Part shown: positions 24,050 to 36,000 of the stretch, piece by piece
Layout of the letters: every line of letters starts with the position of its first letter
How positions within the stretch are numbered: the stretch's first letter is position 1
Assembly (NCBI GenBank): GCA_043228905.1
Contig: JBHGNT010000014.1
Coordinates: forward strand, 20,584,001 to 20,648,000
From: Azolla caroliniana
Taxonomy: Eukaryota; Plantae; Polypodiophyta
Direction: 5' to 3'
DNA: 64,000 nucleotides
The notes under the pieces: generated by a model
What the model was told of the DNA's origin: nothing
Database searches by the model: none
Seen by the model: the letters and a program-made list of their open reading frames with translations, nothing else
Position numbers and translations under genes: made by a program

Positions 24050-27003
24050 AATATCCCAAGTCTCTCAACGATTCATATTATGATCGTTATTGAGATCAAC
24101 AGTGGTTTATTGTTGTTGCGATCTATGATACATTGTTGTTGTTGTTCGTTGCCAAGATACAGTACATTGTTTTGGTTATTGTTGATATCTACGATACATT
24201 GTTGTTGATGTTGCTAATATCTACGCTACATTCTTGTTGTTTTTGCCAACATCTACGATACGTTATTATTGTTGATGTTGAGATGTACAATATTTTGTAA
24301 TTGTCCATCCATATACTTCTCCAGTTATGAGTAGTTATCAAGCTTCTTTCTTTAACCCTTGACAATGTTTTCGTTGTTGATATGAATAATATGGTGTAAC
24401 CATCAACGATCTAAACATCGATATATGTTTATTCATGTGCCTATTTCCACTTTTGGATTTTTGTTGTCTCTTCATCAATGTATTTGAACCACTAATAATA
24501 GTGCAATGGCTTTCTTGTTGTTGAAATCTACAATAATATAGTTCAAACCTTCAACAAAACATGTGCAAACAAGAGTAAGATTAAGAATACAAATGAAGAA
24601 AAACTAACTAGATGGCACACCATGACTATATATGGCTTTTCATTTACGAACATCATCTCTCAACATCCATGGCCAGTAATTGTTGTTGTCAATTTCTTTA
24701 ATGGTTTGAAGGTTCAATAAACCTAAAGTAAACTTCTTAAAATGAGGATGGCAAGTATCTTAGGATATCCATCCACACGTTTTCATCACTTATTCTAACG
24801 TAATTCCATTATTATTGTGGATATCTAGAGTAGGGTTCAACTCTTTAAGTTTGCTTGTTACAAATAGAAAAATATATATGCATTTCTTTACTATTGCCAT
24901 TTATCAAACAATGAGATCCATAAACAAGGTGATCATCAAACTTTAAATATATTGATGCATACCTAACTCATGCTTTCTCGCTTTTTAAAATATTCATGAT
25001 GTCGTCGCTATAATTATCCCTCATTCAAAATGGCAAGACCTATATTATGTGCACAATTCATCTCTTTAATAGACATATTGGCATTGTCGTAATCAAGAAC
25101 CATCCACAATTCAAATATCATGGTTTTACTATTAAGGTATATATCCTTTGGTTGTCAAGATTTACAATATCATGCAATCATAATTTTTTTGGATACTAAT
25201 ACATATCCAAAAGATAGTGACATCTAGCGAGCTTGATTAGGGGAGCTCATTTGTATTCAAATCTTACATAGATGTTTAATTTATCAAGGGTGATATCATA
25301 ACATAATTCATGCATAAAATTTATGTGCACAATGAGTGACACTGAGACCAAGTATAAAGAAAATTTGATAGATTGTCTAGCATTTCACGATTAAAAAAAC
25401 CTCTCAATAAACTAGAGTCATTGAAAGAATGAGCAAAATGCTACTCGAAAGGGCTTGGTGTAGGAGACTCAAATGCATGATTGCAAGAGATGCACATCTC
25501 CCATGCTAGACAATAGATTTAAAAGTTATAGGGCAAGTTTGGAGTGGATGACTTATTGACTGCTACAATTTGCACTTTTTTGGGTGTCCAATCTACGTGC
25601 ATGTACTCTACAATGAGTGGGCGAAGCTAAACCGGAAGTCAAATAAATGCATCTTCCTTTATCACCCCAAAGGTTAGAGTATATATTTTGGGACTCAAAT
25701 TCAATGGAGGAGCTTGTCAATAGAGATGTTTCCCATGAAACTAGTGAAAACACAAACATGTTTGCCATAATTCCGTTTATTTGACATATTCTATGATAAA
25801 ACGATCTACCGCTCGAAAAAATGTTATTTATCTATTGGCAAGGGATATTTGTTTCTAGTTGTATTTTTTATGATAAGAGTAAAGATGTGTAATTATATAC
25901 CCTCTCAATATTTTATAAAAATCCGAAGTCATTTATTAGTATCAAAAAACACATATGATGATCTTGACCAAGAAGTTACATGGTTATGGACATGTTCAAA
26001 CTCTAGAGGTGATGATAACTAGACAATATATTTTTACTAATGGTTAAAGTGTGCTTTTTCTATAAATGAATTGGGGTACTCGTTTCAATCAAAGTTGTCT
26101 CTTGTCACATACATAGTTCACCTTTTCACCACGAGCATGTAAATGTTGATACAACTACCTCTCAACATCAACTTGCTTCAATGCATTAAATGAATAAACT
26201 CTCTCCAATCACGAGACAAATTTTGTTTGAGCTTTTGTTTCTCTTGCTCTCTTGATGCTTTTTTTAATTCATTGTTATTTTTTCCCTTGTCTTTTTCAAC
26301 TTTGTCATTCAAAATCACATTTCTTTGCGAAGCTCAACTAAGTGGCAAGATGGAAAATACGACACCTAATCGGACTAACGCAATGCCGATGCTTATTAAG
26401 ATCACCCTCCTTGTTTATAGAACAAGCAGATGACCCAAATCACATTAATCATCCTAGGAGTAGATCATCATGGTGCCATGGTCCACCCTTTGAAGTAGAA
26501 GAACCAATATCCTAACATAAAATGGATGACTTCATATAATTAGGAACAACAAGGCTCTCCACTCCATATGAACCTTTGCTACCAATTATCTTGTAGTTTA
26601 TAAGATCTCCTCATATTTTCACGAGTCTTACATGTCTCGCCTTCTTGATGATGAGTGGTCCTCTTCCAATGAATTTAAGTGCAATATGTCAAGTATGCCT
26701 ACTAGCTTCAAAATACATAGATTTTTTTTACTCTTTTTTAATTTGACATAAATATATTTAAGTGTTAGACATTAATGGCCATAATAATTCTCCATCTTTT
26801 AATCTCTTTTTTGTAATTATATAATATTGTTCCTTTCTATGGAGTTGGATTATCACTTTCTTATAGTTAAACCATATTCAAAGGCCATCACGTTGGGCCA
26901 TCAACGCATAACAACATGCTCTAAAGCCTTAGTAATTTCTTTAGTTGTAACAAACCTATAAGGCTTTAATAATTTCAATCTCAATGACTATCATAGGCCA
27001 AAT
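24050..27003 (-). mobile_element. Highly decayed retroelement-like sequence that received the Copia nest
   Basis: Degenerate ATCTACGATACATTGTTGTTG repeats at 24090-24290 and stop-riddled, gag-like fragments on the minus strand. No diagnostic motif is intact. Confidence 0.3.
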
Positions 27004-27387
27004 TGTTAACAATGAAGTAATTAACTAAGGGTTAATTAGTATCTAATTATGTGAATATTTAATCACGTGTGTGATTAAGTTGCGAAAGATTATGTGATAT
27101 GTGTGAGAGGAAGAAGGAGAGAAAGTCACACTTGAGTGGATAATGATTAATGAGTTTAGCACAAGAAGCTCTTACTTATAGTAAAAAGACATCATCAAGT
27201 TACAAAAATACCCACAATGAGGTATATATACACCTCATGTGCAAAGGTGCACATGCGTGAGGAGAACATAAGTACAAGGGTGTAAGTCCATTGAATGAGC
27301 TCGATAGTGGGGAGTGTAGAGATCTCCCACTTAAATACTAAGAACAAAATCATTTATAGTCAACATTCAAAATAGATTCTATTTATG

Positions 27388-27442
27388 TGTAAAGAATCGG
27401 GTATGATTCTTGTGCAACAAAATAGGTTAGAGATGTGCGTTA

Positions 27443-27475
<33 letters not shown>

Positions 27476-30400
27476 TAGGGGAGAGAAACAAAAGATAGAT
27501 TAGAGAGACAATAGAATACTCAAGAAGAGGTCTATTACAAAGGAGATTAATCGACTTAATTACAAAGTAGGAGGAGAGTGATTTATATAGTCACTCTCTC
27601 TCTTCATTAACTACCGAAGCTCATGGGTCATGGGGAATGTGAAAACTCATTAGTTATGTGTCATAGAATCATATTCTATGACACATAGTTAATGTGTAGA
27701 TAAGAGTGGTGACTTTGGACCTTTGAGTGCACACTCTCAAGGGTGTGTTCACCCACTAGACTAGGTTGAGCTTGATTCTCAACACGCCCCCTCAAGCTCA
27801 ACTTTGGTCCCAGATCTTTGATGGGAACGCCCAGATCCTTTAATATCCTCTTGAGCCATACGGCTTCACATGCAGCCACCGTCATGCCACTGTGCTTGAA
27901 AGAGCGACGATTGGTTGTTTCTTGCTACTCCAGGAGATGGCTCCACTTCCGAGGGAGAAGACGAAACCAGAGGTTGATCGTTGGTCGACTTTGTAGCCTG
28001 CCCAGTCGGCATCTATGTACCCCTCGCGTTGAATTGGTGCGGCCGACTTATAGAGAATGCCATAGTCCATCGTCCCGCTCACGTATCATATCACTCTCTA
28101 ACACAATCCAAATGGATATCTCATGGCGTTTGCATGAATTGGTCAAGAAGGTCGACCGGATAACTCAGGTCTGGTCGAGTGATCGTTGTTAGGAAACAGG
28201 TCCCTCCGGATGGGAAGTGAGAAGAACAGTACTGATGAGCAAACTTGGCCGAGGTCGAAATCGAATGTGGAGTACCCGGTATGAGCCGGATGGTGCAGAC
28301 CTGGTGAGAACCTGATGAGGAGTACCCGACAACGGAAGACCCGGTGAGAACCGGATGACGAGTACCCGGCAAGCGTCGGATGATGCAGGCCCGGTGAGGA
28401 GTGCTCACCGGATGAAGGGACATATTCATAAATATGTTTCCTGAGAGTCCATTGGGGCTATATGTGTAAATAGCCGAAAAATCATATTAGTATAAATATG
28501 ACTTAGGGCAAACTCTTTTATGGTAGTTGTTGTCATTCTTGTTGGTGTAAGATTAGAGTGCGTAACAGTGTACAGAGAGAGTGAAAGAGAGGAAGAGGTC
28601 GTTGCCTCTGTTGTAACCGCCGCATGTGGCGAAGATAGCAAGCTCAAGGTCGTGGCCTCGGTGCTTTCTTATTGTACATTCTAATATAGTGATAGTTTGG
28701 AGTCTGTGAACTCTCGTGGTTTTTCCCTCTCAGGGTTTTCCACGTTAAACATCTTGTGTAGTCTTCTCTCCTTTGTGTCATGCTTTCATTTCCCGTTTCC
28801 TGTGTATGATTCTAAGCTCGGTTGTGGCCGAGTGTTGCGCATAGGGAGAGAGCAGTTCCTGTCAATCGTGAGGTAGATAAGACTATCGATCAGTTGTCGA
28901 TACTAAGTCGGCTCACACTTTGTGGTGCCAGAATTGGCATCTAGTTTGAGGTTTCGGTCGAGAGGTGTTGCCACAAACTTGCACTCAGTCATCCCAAACT
29001 TGTATAACAAGTTGAGAATGTAGTGCCGTTGGGAGATCATAATCCCGACTAGAGTCCGAATTACCTCGATGCCAAGGAAGTAGTGGAGCTCTTTCATGTC
29101 CATCATCTCGAATTTGTTGGAAAGGAGGGATTTGAACTTGTTGATGTCGACTAGATGCTCACCTCCAATTACCAGATCATCCACATACAGGATGACGACG
29201 ATCGGACTTTCGGAATCGCTTCTTACATAAAGAGAATTGTTGGATTTTGACATTCGAAAGCCGATTCGATGAAGATATTGTATTATCTTCGAGTGCAAAG
29301 CACCTGGTGTTTGCTTAAGGCCGTAGAGGGGCTTCTTGAGTCGACATATGGCTTTCGGATGAATGTTGGATTCGAAGCCGGGTGGTTGTATCATGTACAC
29401 CTCCTCTTCTAAGTCATCTTGAAGAAAAGCATTCTTGACATCCATCTGGTGGAGGTGCCACCCTTTCGTTGATGCAAGCGCTATCACGGTTCGCACGGTT
29501 GTCATCTTTGCCACCGGGGCAAAGGTCTCTTCATAGTTGACACCATGTGTTTGTGTATATCCCTTTGCTACAAGTCGAGCTTTGTAGCGGTTGATGGAAC
29601 CGTTGACATTATACTTCACTTTGTATATCCATCTGCAGCCGATTGCCTTCTTGTGCGATGAGCGAGGGATGAGATCCCATGTCTCATTCTTGCCAAGAGC
29701 TTGCATCTCCTCGTTCATCGCTTCGACCCATCGTGGATCTTTAGCGGCTTCGACAAAGCTCTCCGGTTCTCGAATTGCTGCCACCTTCATCATAAAGGCA
29801 TAGTGGTATGCCATATAGTCGTTGTAGTTGAATCGGCTAATTGGATTCTTCTCTTTGGTGGAGTGATAAAGTTTCTCATTTGCCGATGTGAGTGCTTTCT
29901 CAACTCCGGGTGACCTCATAAGAGGCACATCAAAGCCATTGAACTCACTATCGAGTGAATGAGTCGATTCATTGTCGTCGAAGTGATCGTCTTCATATTC
30001 CGGCATTTTGGCATTCCCTTTGTCCATCTTTGGACTTGGCCGAGATTTGCTTTGGTTGCTCAGAGGCTCTTGTGGTCCGCTCAATCTGGTTGAGATCGAA
30101 CTCTCTTCGAATATTGACCTTAGTTGATCATCGTATTCTGTGTTGTCGAGGTTGTTCGTAGATGGTTCAGGAGGAGTCGACTTGGGTTTGTACCATGATG
30201 TCGATTCGTCAAAGACGACATCCCGACTTACACGAGTCTTCCGAGTAGAGGGGTTGAAGCACTTGTACCCCTTTTGCTCTAGTGAGTACCCCACGAGGAT
30301 GCACTTCTCTGATTTTGGGTCAAGCTTCTGCCGCTTCTCATCGAGAATGTGCATGTATGCAATGGAGCCGAATATCCGTACATGGGATAGATCCAACTTC

Positions 30401-32653
30401 TTCCCATAGTATTTCTCGTGCGGGGTGACCTCGTGCACTCTGGATGTTGTGCAATGATTCATGAGGTAGACGAAGATATTTGCAGCTTCTGCCCAATATG
30501 ACTTGGGCATATGCTTCTCATTTAGCATGGCCCTTGCTACTTCGAGGATGTGCTGATTCTTGCGTTCAGCTACACGATTTTGTTGCGGTGTGTGTTGACA
30601 AGTGAATTCTCGTCGAATTCCTTCTTGTCGAAGGTATGCTGTGAACGCATCAGAGAAGCATTCCTTTCCTCTGTCTGACCGAAGACATCGTACATGACAC
30701 TCATTTGTCTTTTCGACTTCGCTTTTGAATTTTTGGAAGTGTGTAAACACTTAGTTCTTCATCCTCACGGGAAAGATCCATGTGTATCTAAAGAAGTCGT
30801 CGATGAAGGTAACATAGTACCGACATCCTCCGAACGTAGCCGTCTGTGCCAGTCCCCACACATCTGAGTGGACTATGTCCAATAGGCCTTTGCTCACGTT
30901 TCTCTCCTTCGGGAACGGGTGTCGATGTTGCTTGCCGAATTGGCATGCTTCACATACTCCTTCAATCTCTTTCTCTTTGAAGGTCGGGAGCCCAATGACG
31001 ACACCTTTCGATTGCATCGCCTTGAGTTTGTTGAGATTGATATGGCCGATTCTTTTATGCCATAGCTCTATGTCAGTGTTGGGTTTGAGGCCCTTTGCAA
31101 ACATGGCCGATTTTACCTCGTTTGCTTCGAGGATAAACATTCGGCCTTCCCTTCGACCACGAGCAATTAGTCGGCCTTCCTTCTCGATGAAGCAACCTCC
31201 TTGGTTGAATCAAACTTGCATCCCTTGGTCCACAATTTGGCCGAATGAGACCAAATTCTTCGTTATGGTGGGTACATGTAAGACATTTTTTATGCAAGTT
31301 TGTTCACCTTCTTTCCCGAATGGGACATTGTCGGCATGCCGAATCGGATGAGTGGTGTCGTCTCCGGTCTTGACATAACGAGGTTGATCCAGCTCTCGAA
31401 GGTCTTTGACCCATTCTTGATGGGACGTCATATGGTTTGAAGCACCGGAGTCGACAAACCATACATCCTCCGGATTGGAAGCATTAGTCAAAGTAGAGGC
31501 CGACATAGAATTTGCTCTATGTCTCATTACAAACATTCCGCCATGATCTTCATAGTCAGAGTTGGTGGCGTAATTGGTGAGTTGTCAGGTTGTGGAAGCC
31601 GACTCACGCTTCTTCTTTCAACACTCTTCTTCATGGTGGCCGATTTTTCCGCAATAACCACATTCGATCAAGTTTTGTCGACTCGAACCGGAACGGAAGC
31701 TCCCCCTTCTTCCGAAGGTTCCTCGATGGCTTCCGTTTTGTTGTTGAAATTGGGAGTTGTTGCCATAAGTTGGACCTTGTCCACCACGTCCTTGGCCGAA
31801 TCGGCCTCTTGCTCGGCCGCGTCCTCTTCCTCCATTCGAATGTGTGTAGAGCATGTGGGCTTCTGAGGTGTTGCTCCTTGTTTGAACATGGTTTTCTTCA
31901 ACCAACAACATAGATTGAAGATCAAAGAAAGAGGGAGGATTCTCCCTTGCTAGGACGACGTTTCTCATCGCGTCGAACCGTGGTGCAAGGCCACCGAGGC
32001 ATATTTGCACCATTTCGTCATCCTCCACATTGATGCTTATTGAGCCGAGTGCATCATAAAGCTCCTTGATCTTCAAGGTGTAGCTTGTGATGGACATATC
32101 CCTTTGTTGGATGTTGTTCAACTCTTGGCAAGTTGAAGCTTCCTAGCAGTCGTGTTGGCTTCGTAGATTTTCCCACGCTTCCTTCGGCATCTCGACTTCT
32201 CGAATGAAACCGAGCATGTGGTCGTGAACACATGTCGCCAAGCAATACATTACTCGACTCGCCGTTTGCTCCCATGTTGCATAGTCGACGTCTTCCAAGT
32301 CAAGCTGGTTTTCTTGCGTTCCTTTGATGTAGCTCCAATAGCCTTGATCGACAACGTATTGATGCATCTTGTACTCCCAAGATGCGAAGTTGTTTCGGTT
32401 CAACTTCTTACTAGGGAGAGCGCGCCCCATTTGAGTATTCATGGTGTTCGATGTAGATTTCTTCCTTCTTCTTCTCTCTTGAATACGAGCTATGTAGTCG
32501 CACTACGATAATGATGAGCCGGTGCTTCTTGAACGTCGGCGTGGAGCTCAACACACACGGATGGGCGAGATCAAGCTACCAAACCGCTCTGATACCATGT
32601 AAAGAATCGGGTATGATTCTTGTGCAGCGGAATAGGTTAGAGATGTGCGTTAT

Positions 32654-32693
<40 letters not shown>

Positions 32694-33002
32694 TAGGGGA
32701 GAGAAACAAAAGATAGATTAGAGAGACAATAGAATTCTCGAGAAGATGTATATTACAAAGGAGATTAATCGACTTAATTACAAAGTAGGAGGAGAGTGCT
32801 TTATATAGTCACTCTCTCTCTTCATTAACTACCGAAGCTCATGGGTCATGGGGAATGTGAAAACTCATTAGTTATGTGTTATAGAATATGATTCTATGAC
32901 ACATAGTTAATGTGTAGATAAGAGTGGTGACTTTGAACCTTTGAGTGCACACTCTCAAGGGTGTGTTCATCCACTATACTAGGTTGAGCTTGATTCTCAA
33001 CA
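27388..33002 (-). mobile_element. Ty1/Copia LTR retrotransposon (inner element) inserted in the outer element's 3' LTR
   Basis: LTRs 27388-27784 and 32598-33002 (TG...CA, near-identical, carrying (TG)n(AG)n). TSD TTATG at 27383-27387 and 33003-33007. PBS at 32586-32597; PPT at 27785-27797. Gag zinc knuckle CGYCGKIGHHEEEC, protease WFVDSGASNH, and an integrase-RT ORF at 28903-30750 with LYVDDL. In-frame stops present. Confidence 0.97.
28187..28864 (+). mobile_element. Solo LTR inserted in the inner Copia RT/RNaseH region
   Basis: TGTTAGG...CCTGTCA flanked by TSD ATCGT (28182-28186 and 28865-28869). It interrupts SLIYLTI|TRPDLSY. TATA-like TATAAAT at about 28490; internal GAGTACCCG repeats. 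Confidence 0.92.
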
Positions 33003-36000
33003 TTATGTAACTACTAAGTTACATGGTTGACTAAAATTAGTAGACTTAGTTGAGCTTGATATCGGAACACACCCCCTCAAGCTCAAGTATGAGGTGTCCG
33101 ACATCCGATTTTGCTTTTGGTGTTGTCTGACTATGTCAAGTTGGTAATATTTGGTTCCTCCCCCTCAAGTAGTCGACAAAGTCTTGGTGTGTTAATTGGT
33201 TGAAGGCTGAGTGGCACTGAAAACTGGCGAAGCTTGTCTGTTGATCAATACCGATGTGTTGGAGGTAAATGTCTCCCGCGACAATGCCTCCTGAGCATAG
33301 TGATAATGAACCTCGATGTGTTTCATTCGGGCATGGAAAACCGAGTGTTTGGTTAGTTGTATGCTACTTTGATTCTCACAGTACATACATATCGACTTGT
33401 CGACTGACTCATTGAAGTCCTTTAGTAGCCGCATCAACCAAATTACTTCGTAGGTGGCTATGGTCGCGCCCCTATATTCCGTTTCGGTGCTGGACAATGT
33501 TGAGCTTGATATCGGAACACACCCCCTCAAGCTCAAGTATGAGGCGTTTGACATTTGATTTTGCTTTTGGTGTTGTTCGACTATGTCAAGTCGGTAGTTT
33601 TTGGTTTTTGGTTCCTCCCCCTCAAGCAGTCGATGAATGCTTAGTGTGTTAATTGGCCGAACGCCGAGTGACACCAAAAACTTGCGAAGCTTGTCGGCTC
33701 CTAAGGCCTTGGCAAAGATATTTGTCGTCTGTTGATCATTACTGACCTGTTGGAATTCAATGTCTCCGGCAACAATGCCTCTTGAACATAGTGATAATGG
33801 ACCTCGATGTGTTTCATTCGGGCATGGAAAAACAGGTTTTGGGCTACTTGTATGCTACATTGATTGTCGCATTAGATACGTATCGACTTGTCGAGCGACT
33901 CATTGAAGTCCTTTAGTAGCTGCTTCAACCAAATTGCTTTGCAAGTGGCTATGGTCGCGCCCCTATATTACGCCTCGGTGCTGGACAATGCAACTGTTGG
34001 TTGCTTCTTGTTACTCCAAGAGATCACTTCGCTTCCGAGTGAGAAGATGAATATGGATGTCGAACATTGGTCAGATACATTGACGACCCAGTCGGCATCG
34101 GTGTATCTTTCTAGCCGAATAATTGCTCCTTCCTTGTAGAAAATTCCTTGATCCATGGTTCCACTAACATACTGTAAAACTCACTTAACACAATGCAAAT
34201 GTGTGTGGCACAGTATTTGCATAAACTGACTAAGGAGGCCGACCGGATAGCTCAGGTTGGGTCAAGTAATAGTTAGATAGATGAGACTCCCGATAATTTG
34301 CCGATATTGAGTCGGCTCACATGGTGTTCTGGAGTCTGTGTGCAACTTTAGGTTGCAAGGGGAGTCGAAATTGGCTTGTGGTCAGTCATACCAAACTTGA
34401 ACAAGAGATTCAGGATGCAGTGGCATTGGGAGAGAATTTTGCCATCGCCGGTTCAAATGACCTCGATTCCCATAAAATAATGAAGTTCATTCATGTCTTT
34501 CATCTTGAACTTCCTAAAGAAGAGCATCTCGACACCACTGAAGTTGTTCTGAATACACAATGAATTGTCGGATTTAGACTTTTGAAAACAAATTCGGTGC
34601 AGAGATTGCATTATCTTTGAATGTCAAGCCCTTGGCGCTTGCTTGAGGCCGTAGAGGGGCTTCTTGAGTCGGCATACGACATTCAGATGTGATTTCAACT
34701 TGTAGTCGTGTGGTTGTACCATGTACACCTCCTCCTCCAGCTCCCCTTGGAGGAACACATTTTTCACATCCATATGGTGGAGGTGCCACCCTTTCGTTGC
34801 CGCGAGTGATAGGACTGTCTAAAGCGTGATCATCTTTGCCACCAAGGCAAAGGTTTCTTCGTAGTCGATGTCATGGGTTTGAGCATACCCTTTAGTGACA
34901 AGCTGAGCTTTGTATCAGTTGATGGAGTCGTCGGCATTGTGCTTGATCTCGTAAATCCATCATCAACCAATCGCCTTTCTGTGTGGTGGAGGTGCTACAA
35001 GATCCCGGGTCTCATTGTCAACCAGTGCTTGCATTTCTTCGTCCATGGCTGCAATCCATCGGGGGTCATGAGCCGCTTTCAAAAAACTTTCCGGCTCTGA
35101 TTCGACTACTACCTTCATCATGAAGGCATAATGATCTGCCATATATTCATTTTAGCCGAATCGAGTAACCAAATTCTTCACTCAGGACGAGCGTAGGAGT
35201 TTTTCGTTCCTAGATGCCAACGCTTTCTTTACGTCGGGGGTCCACATAATGGGCACTCTGAATTCACTATCTAGAGAGCGAGCCGACACATCTGAATCGC
35301 TTTCGTTGAGGTGGTCGACTTCATATTCGGGCATCTTACCTTTCCCTTTGTCTAGCCTGGGCGATGGTTGTGTTATGGTTCGATTGCTCCGATGGTCCGC
35401 TCATCATGGTTGTGCTTGGACTGGCAAGAATGGGTCTCGGCTGAATGTTGTCGTCTGAGATGATGTTCGACTCTTCCTCAGTTGGGCCAAATGAAGTCGA
35501 ATAAGGTTTATACCAAGATGTCGATTCGTCGAAAATAACATCCCAACTTGCCCTAACCGATCGGGTAGAAGGGTTCAAGCACTTGTATCCCTTTTGTTCA
35601 GACGAATATCCCACGAAAATGCACTTTTCGGACTTCAAGTCAAGTTTTTGTCGTTTTTCGGTCGAGATGTGAACATATGCGACACTTTAGAACACTTGCA
35701 TCTGTGACAAGGTTGGCTTCTTTCCAACCTAAACCTCGTGTGGAGTCAGTTCGTGTGCTCTAGTTGCTGTGCATCGATTCATAATGTAGACGGTCATGGA
35801 TGCCACTTCGACCCAATAATAATTCGGCATGTGCTTCTCATGCAACATGGTGTGTGTGCCACTTTAAGTATGAGCCGATTCTTTCTTTCAGCTACCCCAT
35901 TTTGTTGGGGTGTGTGTCGGCATGAGAATTTTCTCCATATGCCTTCACGTTGGAGGTAGGAGATGAATTCGTCAAAGAAGTACTCCTGCCCTCCATCTGA

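Noticed and set aside
32586-32597. tRNA-Met-like sequence (also 37914-37925)
   Set aside because: 12-nt primer-binding sites of LTR elements, not tRNA genes.
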